Below, one piece after another: positions 25,601-37,695 of a DNA stretch of 64,000 bases. This DNA is from Tubulanus polymorphus. Taxonomy: Eukaryota; Animalia; Nemertea. The position numbers were made by a program, and so were the translations under genes. Each line of letters opens with the position of its first letter. The first letter of the stretch is position 1. Below the pieces are notes generated by a model. It ran no database searches. It was given only the letters and a program-made list of their open reading frames with translations, and had not been told where the DNA came from. The stretch covers positions 1,550,001 through 1,614,000 of the forward strand of contig NC_134029.1 of NCBI RefSeq assembly GCF_964204645.1, written 5' to 3'.

Positions 25601-28600
25601 TCAGGAGACCAGGCCCGAGACCAGGACCCGGTTCAACAGTCAGGAGTGGCAGTTCCACTCTGAGTTTTAAATTATTTCACAAAAACTGTTGAGTAAAACT
25701 TTTACTCAGAACAGTGGAACCGAGTACTGGGCCCCAGTTTCATGAAAAAGTTGTACTCAAATTGTTGCTTTCATTGCTTTTGGTCATAGACTATCTTAGA
25801 CATCTCAATGAAGGAAAGAGTTGAATTTGAATGGAATTTTGAGAAGAAAGTATTTACAAACCCTGAGGTCCCAGACAGTAGCGATACCATCATCACCGGC
25901 TGATACACAACGTTCATCATCAATCTGTAATAAATGACGCACGATATCGGTATGTTTCTGTAGGATCTGTATCTCTGTGTACGGATTTAACGCTTGATCA
26001 TCTTTGATCATTTCAACTTCATGCTGGAAAAGTAATGAAGAATTCACCGTGAAAATATGCACTTTTAAAGTATTATTTTCAATATATTTTCTTATGAAAC
26101 GAGCAAAAAACTATCGAATTCGAAGCAAAAAATAGAGAAATAATTGTTTAAATGCGATAAACAATGATTCACCTTAACGGTATATTTATTTCTTTTATCA
26201 GTGCTTTCAGCATTAAGCGAAAATAAGTAAGTCCAATCCATCAATAGATTATTACAATCAGGGAATTATCCCTGATATGAAACACGATTACTATCCATAT
26301 TGAATCGTTCAGGTATCACGGGATACCTCTGTCCTGTCCTTGAGTTGTATTGACATTCCGATAATGACATATATCAATACATAAACTAGCTATCAATAAA
26401 ACGCTTGTGTCTTTTGTCATTGTAATGCGCTACCTATATTGTACATGTTAATGTTTAGTTTAAGTCGCGCGAGGTCTCAAACAAACACACACGCACACAG
26501 TCCCTCTATACGCCTAGCTGCGCAAATGTATATCAATAATGCCGTCCAGTGTACTACACGTAATTCTCATGATTCTCGTTACAGACTGCTGTTTAAATGT
26601 TTACGGTAAGAATCTACAAACAAGGAACATCGTTGAGATCGCTGGTGTTTTCATGTCAAAATACAATATATCGAATTGTAATAGTTTGATATGGTACTAT
26701 ATAGGCTATAAACATGTAACAGTGTACTGCCCACACCTATCATTTATTTCACCGGTATAAGGGCCTTATTGTTAGGCATAGTTTAGTAAAATAAGCTTTA
26801 CAATCTGTTCAATAAACTGCTAGAAATTTTTACAACTTATTTAAACATATTTATCCGTGAAAAGGATATGTTTAAACGAATTGAAATTTAATTGAGACCA
26901 CAAAATTGGTTGAGCAGTTTCTCCATCATCACTAGGTGCAATAGGTCGATGGATATCAATTTCTGAATGACAATTTTACAGTTGTAGCTGGATGTATGAC
27001 AAGCCAAATGAAGTTGTAGACCCATCATGCAGGCTTTACACCTGAAATGATTTGTTTAATAACATTTTCAGGGTCCAAAACGGTGTTTAAAATGCCGGAT
27101 CAAATGTTATGGTGGCAACGTGCGGTGAAGCACCTGATACCGGGACCGATGGCTCGTAATTCGGCGATTCCCATTCAGCTTTACGCCGGAGAATCGAACG
27201 TCAACGACCCGAACTACGAATATCTGATCATAAACGACGAAATCTGTTCGAATGAATCGGATATATTTCTAGTGATGGTTGTACGTAGCGTGTTCAATCA
27301 GAGAGATCGACGTCAAGCGATACGCGACACGTGGGCAAATCAAAAACTATTCCCGAAACTCAACATCAAAATCGTGTTCATTTTCGGAACGGTGAAAGAT
27401 TGGAGAGACCAGATCGCGTTAGTCGAGGAACACGAAATTTATAAAGACATCGTTCAGCAGACGTTCACCGACTCGTATTCGACTTTACCCATTAAAGATC
27501 AACTCGCGTTTAAATGGGTTTACACGTTCTGCGCGCACGCTCAATTCGCGATGATCGGCAGCGACGAGATCGTCGTCGATATGTTTAAACTCGTGCCGTA
27601 TTTACAGACGTACGCGCTGCGCGAAACGAATCCGAAGCGATTCCTCAAACGAATCGCCGTTTGTTATTTATTCCCGTGTTGCACGCGGGTGCATCGATCG
27701 CGTCAATACAAATACAGCGCGTCGAGGAAGAAGTATCCGGGTGCGGCGTATCCGCAGTATTGTTCCGGTACGGCGTATATAGCACCGACCGCCGTAATCG
27801 AGCGTCTGCTCTCCGCGTCAGTCGATACACCGATGTTTATGCCCGACGATGCGTGGATCGGTGTTTTAGCCGAGAAAGCCGAGATCTCGCTGGAAGATAC
27901 GTATAAATCATTCACAGGTATCAGTAATAAACCGACCGTACTCCGGGATTTTAATAACACTCATTACCTGTCGTCGCCGGTGATGATCGGCGTGTTAGAT
28001 TACGATTTCCCGAATCGTGAAGCGGAAATGATTCGATATTTTTGGCGGATGATTCTGCGACATCATTCCGATAAAATGAACTCATCTTCGCTGTGGGTTT
28101 GGGAAGAGAAGATCACCATCCCGACAGCGATGCCCGATGATGAGAACATTCTCTCTTCGTTAATAACTGAAGGCATCAGTTATGAGTTTGTTATGATCGG
28201 ATTATTGATCATTTTTTGTTTTCTCGTTTGTTCGACTCAAAAACATAATTTTAAACGATGTTTTAAGAGGTCAATTCAAGGACAGATCTAGGACAACAAC
28301 ATGTAGGGCCCTGTTAATAATAAAATGCCAGAATAAAATTTATGCCATTTATTCTCCAGAATAAAAGACGCATTCTCAAGATCACAAATTGTATTTCCAT
28401 CACAGAAAGTCAACCAGTTCACATGCACTAATGTGAACCTCTCATATCATAAATAAGACTGATCATGAGGTTGTAAATTAACTATAGAACTGAGTTGGTT
28501 TCAGTACTGACCCTTTGGAATATAGGAAGGGGTACCTGGATTCGTTTGAAACACCCCAGATCCACCGTTGCTATTTACCGAAGATTGATAAACTGTTGAT

Positions 28601-28842
28601 TACTTCTACTGCCAAAAATGATTTTCTTATATATATTTATATTCTGCAATAAAACTATAAATCCAGAATCAAACTGATTGATAAATTCCTACCAGTCGTC
28701 TTTCTTTTTGGATTCTCTTGTTGCCAGTCGTTAAACTATGATGATTGCTGTTAGTACTGGTGGTGCTGATTTGTATTTGCATACTACCACCTGAAGCAGC
28801 AGGTTCCGATTGAGAATTCCATAATCTTTGAAACATCGACAT
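22657..28842 (-). CDS. WDR41: WD repeat-containing protein 41 (C9orf72-SMCR8 partner); first coding exon 28842-28693, next 26023-25862, further exons down to 22728-22657; non-coding exon donor near 29131
   Basis: NPYTEIQILQKHTDIVRHLLQIDDERCVSAGDDG; LLTAASDKT; GECLAHSGAV...VSCGMDSLVISWKDG match recalled WDR41 motifs. Confidence 0.88.
25281..25644. repeat. Intronic minisatellite of ~27-45 bp units (gaccaggacccggttcaaca[g/t]tcaggagaccaggcccca) resembling the MITE terminal repeat
   Basis: About 10 visible units; unit resembles the TIR agaccaggaccgagttccacag of the 31092 MITE. Confidence 0.9.
26539..28291 (+). CDS. Beta-1,3-galactosyltransferase-like (GT31); exons 26539-26605 and 27072-28291; nested antisense in a WDR41 intron
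   Basis: RRQAIRDTW, VFIFG, EEHEIYKDIVQQTFTDSYSTLPIK, YPQYCSGTAY, DDAWIG; phase-1 splice joins hydrophobic leader to the ORF. Confidence 0.88.
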
Positions 28843-29501
28843 TTTCTTCAATCAACACACCCTGCAGAGGTATCAAAACAATCCTACAAACATAGAATAC
28901 ATATATTTTATAAAACAGAAATGAAATTATGAAAACGAAAACTACATTCTATGGTTTATTTAGGGAATGGTGCTTTTTATCCTAGAAAACGCAGGAATCT
29001 GGTTGTTTGTCCTAAACTCTCCTAGGAAAAATATCATATGAATACTCTACATTCAATGTCTCTCAACCGCTGAAACAAGCGCTAAATATCTTACGAAATA
29101 AGTCGTATAGTTTATGGAGCAATTACTCTTACCTCGATTGTGGTTATTTTAACCAGAATCCTGGAGAAGTGTTCTTTAAGTCAATTTCTTTGAGTGCATA
29201 TTTCCAAAAACCAATATTCAATTCAATCCAATTCACACTTTCGTCCACTAACTTTGCACCTTTTTGAAACTTTGAAAAACTTGAAAAAATGAATCCATTA
29301 TTAGACAAAATTCTAGTTTTGTAATAGGATTGCTATCAGTTCGGCCAACTAATTAGTTTACAGAGTTGTTTACTTGTGCAATTAATAATGGATTCGAACC
29401 CGCGTATTACCCGACCGGTAGGTTGTCAGGTTGGGTGTAAGTGGTAAGTTAGTAGTGCGCGACGACTGTAAGACATTTGAAGACATTTGAAGTTTTGGAA
29501 G

Positions 29502-32500
29502 ATGATTTTTCTGTTGTTTGTGGCCGTTCTTCTGCCCGCAGTTATAATATCTGCTTCTCTTTATTATTGGAAGAGAATAACTGAGAGATTTGATCAGATA
29601 GATGGACCGAAACCACTTCCAATTATCGGCAATGCTTTACAATTTGACCAAAATCCTCACTGTAAGTTCAAAAACTCACCAGTTCACTATTTCACTGTTT
29701 GTAGTCGTTCAAGAACTTTCACTATTATCTCAATGCCTTGGGGTTTTAGGGTAAAGGAGGAAAAATGAGATGTACACTAACTACCGATTTATTGATTTTC
29801 AGTATTTTATATGCAAGTGATGGATTTTGCGGCAACGTACGGTCGTCGTGGATTATTTCGATTTTGGCTCGGGACGACTCCTCGTATATTACTGACATCA
29901 CCGTATTACATAGAGAAACTACTGCACAGTAATACTCAACTGACGAAAGCGTATGATTATGAGTTCCTTCATCCGTGGCTCGGTACAGGTTTACTGACCA
30001 GGTAGATATCTACGCCATCTGTACGTCGAACTGTGACGACTTGCGACAAGACGACGGTGAAATGATGGTGAAATGATACTTGTTCGACGATTCAGTCCAG
30101 ATTGATACAGTCAGGCAGCCCTCAACCTAGTTTATTACCTAATTGTTGGTGGTAAGCTTATAGGCCTGCCAACTTTTTTGTGATTAGTGATAAGATCCAA
30201 TATCACGAAACTAAGCCACACTGAGATTACTGACTGACCCTCTGACGGGAACAAAGCTTCTTTTACCCTCAACCCGCTGAGCACCACTCGAAGTATCGTC
30301 AGAACAGAGTAGAGACCTCAACCGTGAAACTGCAGATTTCAATCTCATAATATAAGATCGATGCGACTCATTTCAATACATGACTCGATATTTATAATTT
30401 ATTTCAGTACAAACAATAAATGGAAAAGAAATCGAAAATTGCTGACTCCGACTTTTCACTTCAAAATATTAGAAGATTTTCTAACTGTATTCAATGAACA
30501 AGCAATGATTTTGAATGAATATTTAGACATGCGAGCTGACACTGGAGAAATATTTGATATATATCCACTTATTACTCGATGTGCCTTGGATATCATTTGT
30601 GGTATGTTTTATTTGATATTGATTTAGGGGCCTATGATTGGTAGATTGGTATTGATCTCGGCATTCTAGAAGTAATAAGCAAAATCTACCAGTTGATGAT
30701 TTAACAATTTATTCTGACAGTTTCAAGGTTTATTCAAAACTTAATTATCAGAGAAACAAAACTTTGAAACTGTCAGAATAATAAACTGTGGGTTTTGCTC
30801 ATAGGGCCTGATGTTACAATCATTGATTAATACATGACTATGTAATCGCTCTATTGCCAACTCCGAGACAACTTGTAGTAACATCAGGGGGCAGCACCAG
30901 TGTCTTGAGTGGCAGCGAACGTGTTTTAATGTATTATAGGCCTAATTTACTTTCTATCTGTCGTAATTGTAGAAACAGCTATGGGGGAAAAAGTTAATTC
31001 CCAACAAAATGACGAATCAACTTATGTGAAAGCTATTGCCAGGTACCGTAATAATCGAAATACTGCTAGTTAAATTCAGTCGAAACCCCATCAAGAGACC
31101 AGGACCGAGTTCCACAGTTGTCTGTTTAGATTTGACTCTTTAACATCGAAAATGAACTGTTTTAACGGCTAGAGTCAATCTAAACTAAGAACCGTGGAAC
31201 TCGGTCCTGGTCTCTTGTGCATCTGAGTCCGATATTTCTGTGTCGCTTGAAGTGCACTTATGAAATTGTTTTCTAGGACTGGAGAATTACTTCAACAACG
31301 TCAAAAATCTCCCTGGCTATGGCCCGATATTATCTACAACTTCACCAGTCGTGGAAAAGATGCAAAGAAACATCTGGACATCTTACATTCATTCACAAAC
31401 CAGGTTTATTTGTATTTTATGCATACTAATGAAAAATAATTAGATTTTCAATTTACAAAATGTTATTTTTTTGCGTGTTTCATTGTGCAGGTAATCCAAA
31501 AGAGAAGAGCTGTTTTAGAGAGTAGAAGTAATGATGAAATGGTACGAGATGATGGTATAAAACGTAAACTAGCTTTCCTCGATATGATGTTACAGAATTC
31601 TTACGAGTTTTCAGATGAGAATATCCGTGAAGAAGTCGACACGTTCATGTTTGAGGTAGAGTTGAAATATTTCCCCATCAGATCATCATCTCACAGTAGA
31701 AGCTCATTTTACTACAAACACATTAGCTTTAGTTCAAGGCAAAATGTTTACTGTGGAAAGATTTGAATTTTTGGTGTCTCTTATTTCCGATTAATTAAGT
31801 CAATTAGGAATGAAATATGTACATAACTAACTACTCAATACGATATTAAACAGTATGTTAAGGGAGGCATAACTTCATTTAACTATTATATATTTGAGTT
31901 GTAAGTATCTATAATTATTGATATTCTAACTGTAGGGTCACGATACGACATCAACCGCCATGAATTGGGCGATTTACTTCATAGGACGTTATCCCGATGT
32001 TCAAAGAAAAATACACGAAGAACTGGATGAAATTTATGGTAAAAATACTTGACTTTTCAGTCCAGGGAGACTTGACTCTGCTGTTGACACCGAGAGTTTT
32101 AAAAGTTGTAATAAAACTCACAACTGTGGAACGAACTAAAGCTCATCCTGGTTTCTTTAACCGGTGCATGAAGACCAGTCGTATGAGAATCTTGTCCGCG
32201 GACCACTTATGGACTAAAGCAATGACTGATCTCGGTTCATAAAAACATGTACAGTACATTTTAGATATCTTTTATCTATCACAATGTTTGCAGATGGTGA
32301 CGACCGTCCGGCTTCATCTGATGATTTACGAAATATGAAATACTTGGAATGTGTTATTAAGGTAACCAATTTGTCAACTGTCTTCTCTACTTACAGTGTA
32401 AAACAGTTTACTTACGGCATATGTTTCATTTCTAGGAATCGTTAAGGCTTTACCCATCTGTTCCTATTTTTGGACGTAAACTAATGGATGATCTAGATTT

Positions 32501-33294
32501 AGGTAAAAGCAATAAGAATCTCATAAAGTAACAGTCACTAGTTAAAACTAAAATCCCACGATTCATGAAATATTATGGTTATTGTCGAACAGTTTTGTAA
32601 TTAGGCCTCTAAATCTAATCATCAGATCCGAAACCGTTTGAAAATAAGCTAGAAATTTCATGTGCGAATTGTGTAAAACATTGATCATTCTGTTGGTTGT
32701 ATTTACAGATGGTATAATAATCCCGAAAGATACGAATATTTACGTATTAGCCCCGTTCGTGCACCGAGATCCACAACATTTTCCCGATCCGTTGACTTTC
32801 AATCCGGATAGATTTCTACTGGAGAACGCTACCGGACGCCATCCGTATTCTTATGTTCCTTTTTCTGCTGGTCCGAGGAACTGTATCGGTTAGTAGCACC
32901 ACTTTAATTAATTTACCCTGTGAATTGTCCATCTAGGTTAAAATCATGATTAAATTTAAAACTGAAACAAATGCAAACCATGAAATAAGAAATTTCAGAC
33001 ACTTTACATTATTTATTATACAGTCTAACAAGGATATCACTCTCAACTAAACAAGACTATATTTTCAAAGTGCAAAACATCGGACTCTATTGTATATTCA
33101 TAAACCTGTAGTTCTGTTGGTTATTTTCAGGTCAGAAGTTCGCGTTGATGGAAGAGAAAGTTGTTCTTTCGTCCATTTTAAGAAGGTTTCAAATCGAAGC
33201 TATTCAAACAGAAGCGGAACTCCATCCAACAGCTGAACTGATTTTACGTGCAGAAAGTGTTCAGGTGAAATTAACTCATCGATCCTTGTGTTGA
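29502..33294 (+). CDS. Cytochrome P450, CYP4 clan (CYP4V/4C-like); 11 exons
   Basis: N-terminal anchor + [10 protein letters not shown]; [10 protein letters not shown]; KLLTPTFHF; [13 protein letters not shown] (I helix); ESLR (ExxR); FNPDRF; [15 protein letters not shown] heme motif. Confidence 0.96.
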
Positions 33295-35142
33295 ACTACT
33301 AATTATTTCAGTATTAACTATTAATGTTTGCTTATAGCGATTGAACCGTGCTTTACTCTCTTGAAAAGATAGATTCTTTCCAAAGGTTTTTGTAAACCTG
33401 GTAAAGTCAGAGAATCTGAAAAATTGGGGAAAACGAAAGAATTTTACAAATTTTGCAAAAAAAACTGAAAAATACACGGAATTTCAATATGTTATTGACC
33501 ACACGTTTCTTTATCATGATTCATAGAAAAATGAATTATTACGTTTGAAACCCTGTTAATACAGCAGACACTTATATCTATGAGATTAAATGGAATGTAC
33601 TTTACTTTACCTATGATGACGTAACCATGTTTACACATGTAATGAATTCTTGTATTTATTCTAAGTCTGATTCTATTCACAAGATACAAAATAAAGACGA
33701 TCCTCAGGGATTTCTATTAATGAAAAGATGCAATAGGATCTATTTTACATATGTTCCAAAAGTTTCCCTTAGATATTTTATTTATATGTAGTCTATAGAC
33801 TTGTGTTATTGTGGTGCTTTATCAGTGATTAATTAATATGGTGCAGTGACTTAAATAAATATCAATTTTAGTTTTAAACTTTTTTTTCTTTTACTATTTT
33901 ATGACTGTAAATCGTAATACTTTTTATCGAAAGGTTTCCACTTCCAATCTGCAGCTTGGATCCACTCCTTAGACATCCTGAAAAGATGATCTTACAGGTA
34001 GTTGTTCCTTCAGTGACATGAAGAAAATGATTCTCACTTCCTTGAATTAACACAAAAACACAGAATTTATCTCATAAAATATCAAATTTATTTATCTTTA
34101 TTAATACATTGTAACTACCTGGTAGAAATGAAATGTCGGTTTTGGATGGACAAATAAAATGTAAAATAATGGGACATACTTGTGTCAATCGAGAACAAAT
34201 CATGAAAATAAGAGAATGAATTACAACAGACACTAGAAGCATTTTAACGTGATAGTTCACAATCAGTCAAAGGAGTAAAGCCACCACGACCTGCTGCTGG
34301 GTAACTGGAATGTGACATATCGCACATCATTGCAGTTGACAAACTACCGTCATATTATAATTAAGGATTTTATCTTTATAAATCGATTAAATGCAGAACT
34401 GGTGATCGGCTTCACGCATATTTGGTGGCACTAAGGTGTTCATGATATTGCGTCTTAAAAGAACATTTTTATAATTTGAATTAATGTTAATGATGAAGCT
34501 CAACTTTGGAATTGATAACATTTCTATCTATGAGACGATTATTGTTTATTTCTGTACCTGAGTTATTCAGTCATATGATACAATACGAAGTCGTCAGTAA
34601 GGCATTATCAGGAAAATCCGCAGGATTTCAACCAATGGTCTTTAAATATAACAATATTTCCAGTCACATCGATGAAAGGAGCATAAAACGTGAACTTACA
34701 AAAATACATATGGTACATACAAACATCACGGTGATTTCTATACCATGAAACATGCAGTTAATCAAGTTTTTTCAACAAAATAAATTCTGCAACTGCATAA
34801 ACCAGAACTAAATCCAAGCATTGCTGAGACATCGAATTACCTCTATTTATTGCTACTGTATCATTATACGTATCACATTGTTATAGCACTAATTTCTGTA
34901 TTCAATTCGGTCACTGATTTTTCTTTTTTCATCCACCAAATCTATAGGAGTACCTTCTCCCCCGAACCCAGAACAAATACATGATATCAGTGTTACAAAA
35001 AATAAATGAAATACCGTAACCAACATTTGAGATTAAAAATTCACATTTTACATTTCAAACCAATGTTTGAATCCCAATGATTTTTCGCTGATGTTGAAAA
35101 CGAAGCAAAAACGATGATATAGAAGACGACAGACGACAGTGG

Positions 35143-35217
35143 ATAAACGAACTGCGATCTCTATAGCAATATTCAACGAGAATAAACGAACTGCGATCTC
35201 TATAGCAATATTCAACA
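35143..35217. repeat. ~39-bp tandem duplication (ataaacgaactgcgatctctatagcaatattcaac) x2
   Basis: Directly visible. Confidence 0.8.
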
Positions 35218-35349
35218 AGAAATGTGACAGTTTTTCATAAAGCACCGGGCTTCAGTAATTTACTTGTGATGTTTTCCGGAATGAGAATGACCATGACCTC
35301 CTGATGACTGTAAATGGATAGATACACGTTTAACTATATTCTCTTTAGA

Positions 35350-37429
35350 TCACACTCCACAATACTGAAATCAATATTCGTTACTTACTTTGTATTTATC
35401 TAGTTCAGTTTTTAACCCATGCACTTTAGAACGTTCTTTCTCCAAATCAGCAGTTAAGAGACCGACCTTTAAAATAAACATTACAGTATTCCGTGTTATT
35501 GATATTGTCAGGAAGATCAGAGGAAAAATGAATTCAAAAACTCACCTGCTCCGTCAGTTCATCTTTAACCTGGGTTAATTCATCGACCTGCATGAGAACT
35601 TCAGCTTTATCTCTCACTACAAAAATATCAATAATTCATACAGAATTCACTTGAAAGAATACAACATCCAGTTCTGAGGTTGTTAGTTAAAATTAGTTGA
35701 CAGTAGAGTCAAACACAGATCTGTCGAACTGTGCTCTGAACACTTAGGGGCCGATCGCTAAAAAAATTGGTTAAGTTAACCTGTCGATGAATTACCATTG
35801 ATGGAATGCAGTTTCAACTGTAACTACTAAATTCATCTACCAGCTCAATATAACCAACTTATGAACAATTTCACCCAGATGTTTATGTACTTACTTTCTC
35901 CTTGCGCTAATATAACACACAATTGTTTATTTCTCTTTTTCACTTGTTTCAATTCATCCTAAAACAGACAGACAAATAAAACTACCGTGTCTCGATAACA
36001 CTTCTATTCAAACAATGAATCTACTTACTTCCAGTTTACTAACAGTTGCTCTTAAAAATTCAATTTCCTTATCTTTTTTGGTTAATTCTTTTTCATAATG
36101 CGCAGCTCTGGCATTTTCGGCGATATATTGCTGAAATAGAAATATTACGTTACACTCAAATCGAGATTTCAAGATAAATTAATTCACTGAAAGTTTCGTG
36201 GTTTACCTTTGTATATTCTTCTTGTATTTTTTCTTTCAAGATTATTTTCGACACATCTTTCTCCACGTTGTCGAAGAACTTATCATCTGATTGAACAATT
36301 TTCGCGCCGTGTTGTTCATCGGAACCTAACGACGAAATAACGATAAAATAAAGACAATGAGCACCTCAATATCGCAGGTCCCCGTTTATAGACCGGTATT
36401 ATCTTTAATTCAATTGAAAATGAAACAGTGCAGGGTTTATCAATCAGTATTCGCACACTTACTGGACTGTGTACGAGCACGGCCTGATTGATGATGTCCC
36501 GCTTCATCTACTGAATCTAACTGATTAAACTGATCTAAACTTAAAGTCATCGATTTATCTTTCTTCTTTTTTTTCTTGTCTTTAACTTCGGGTTGATGGT
36601 TGTTTTCAGCAGTAGCGGTTTCTAGTGTCTACAAAAGAATTCCTGTGTATATCACTGAAATATCAATTTACGCTAAATTCCTGAAGTTAATTAGTGATTT
36701 TATAGCATATCTGGCAAGGCACCACTAGAGCAAACTCAAAACACGACTCAGATCGACAGCTGTGGGTTAAACTTGACTCTTTAAGTCAATACTTAATGAA
36801 GAACTGTGGAGGAACTAGGCGATGATTCTCTAACCTGTTGTTTTTGTTCCACTTCGATCTTACTCAGTAATAAAGCTTGTTGTAAGTCTCTTTCATAAGC
36901 ATCATCCGTGTACTAAAAATACACATCAAATAGAAGCAGTTTCAAATTAACAAATTGCCACATAACGATACAGTACACCACTGCGTATATATCTTCGCTA
37001 ACCTCTGAATCTAATTTCTTCCATTGTTCCCACTGAGCCTTCGTTTTTGCATTGTCATTATGGTTTCTTTCTTTCGTTCCACCAAACTGAAACATTTATC
37101 ATGCGGCTGAATTTTCAGAATTGAAAAGTGGCACCTGGCTAAGAATGCCCCGTTTTTACGCGATGATGGCAAAAATTAAAAACACACTGACAGCCTCATT
37201 TTCCTACCTCATCACCTTCCACGTTTTGAGATTGTTGCTCTTTTTTGTTCTTTCTCTTCTGCCTTTTCTTAGCGCTCGCTGACATTTGTTGTTGGGTAGT
37301 TTTAGTTTTATCAGCACCAGCGCTTCCAGTCGCTTTTTTCTTCAACCGGATATTCTTCACGTCATCCTTATCGCCGTCATCTTCTATTTTCAGCAGCGCA
37401 AAACGCGAGGCACACGCGATATTCGCCAT
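35350..37429 (-). CDS. GKAP1: G kinase-anchoring protein 1 homolog, multi-exon
   Basis: N-terminal SRFALLKIE; WEQWKKLDSE followed by AYERDLQQALLLSKIE; KKKKDK..LSLDQFN; VKKRNKQL, DELTEQ..GSLTADLEKERSKV coiled coil. Confidence 0.88.
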
Positions 37430-37695
37430 GGTTCACTGATTTTCACTTTCGCTACGCGATTTCTCAAATATGACGAAATTGTTTACGGTGAGTGTAATTA
37501 TTTCATATCCAATATCAAACTATTTAAATCATAACTAATTATTTTTCCGAAGTATTAATTATTCTAGCTATTTTAATGGATATTAATCCCTTTCTAACAG
37601 TTTTTATAGAAATATTTTATATCTTTTTCAAAATGTTGTGGTCAATTCCAGACCACTCTTGCGCTTTTCTCGGTTTCTAGATCTACGATTTGAAA

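Noticed and set aside
25206-25692. Three overlapping repetitive ORFs (RPGPG/QETR)
   Set aside because: Artefacts of an intronic minisatellite that lacks stop codons
33280-33500. Selenocysteine read-through at the CYP4 TGT-TGA end
   Set aside because: The P450 is complete at this stop and no SECIS-like element was recognisable
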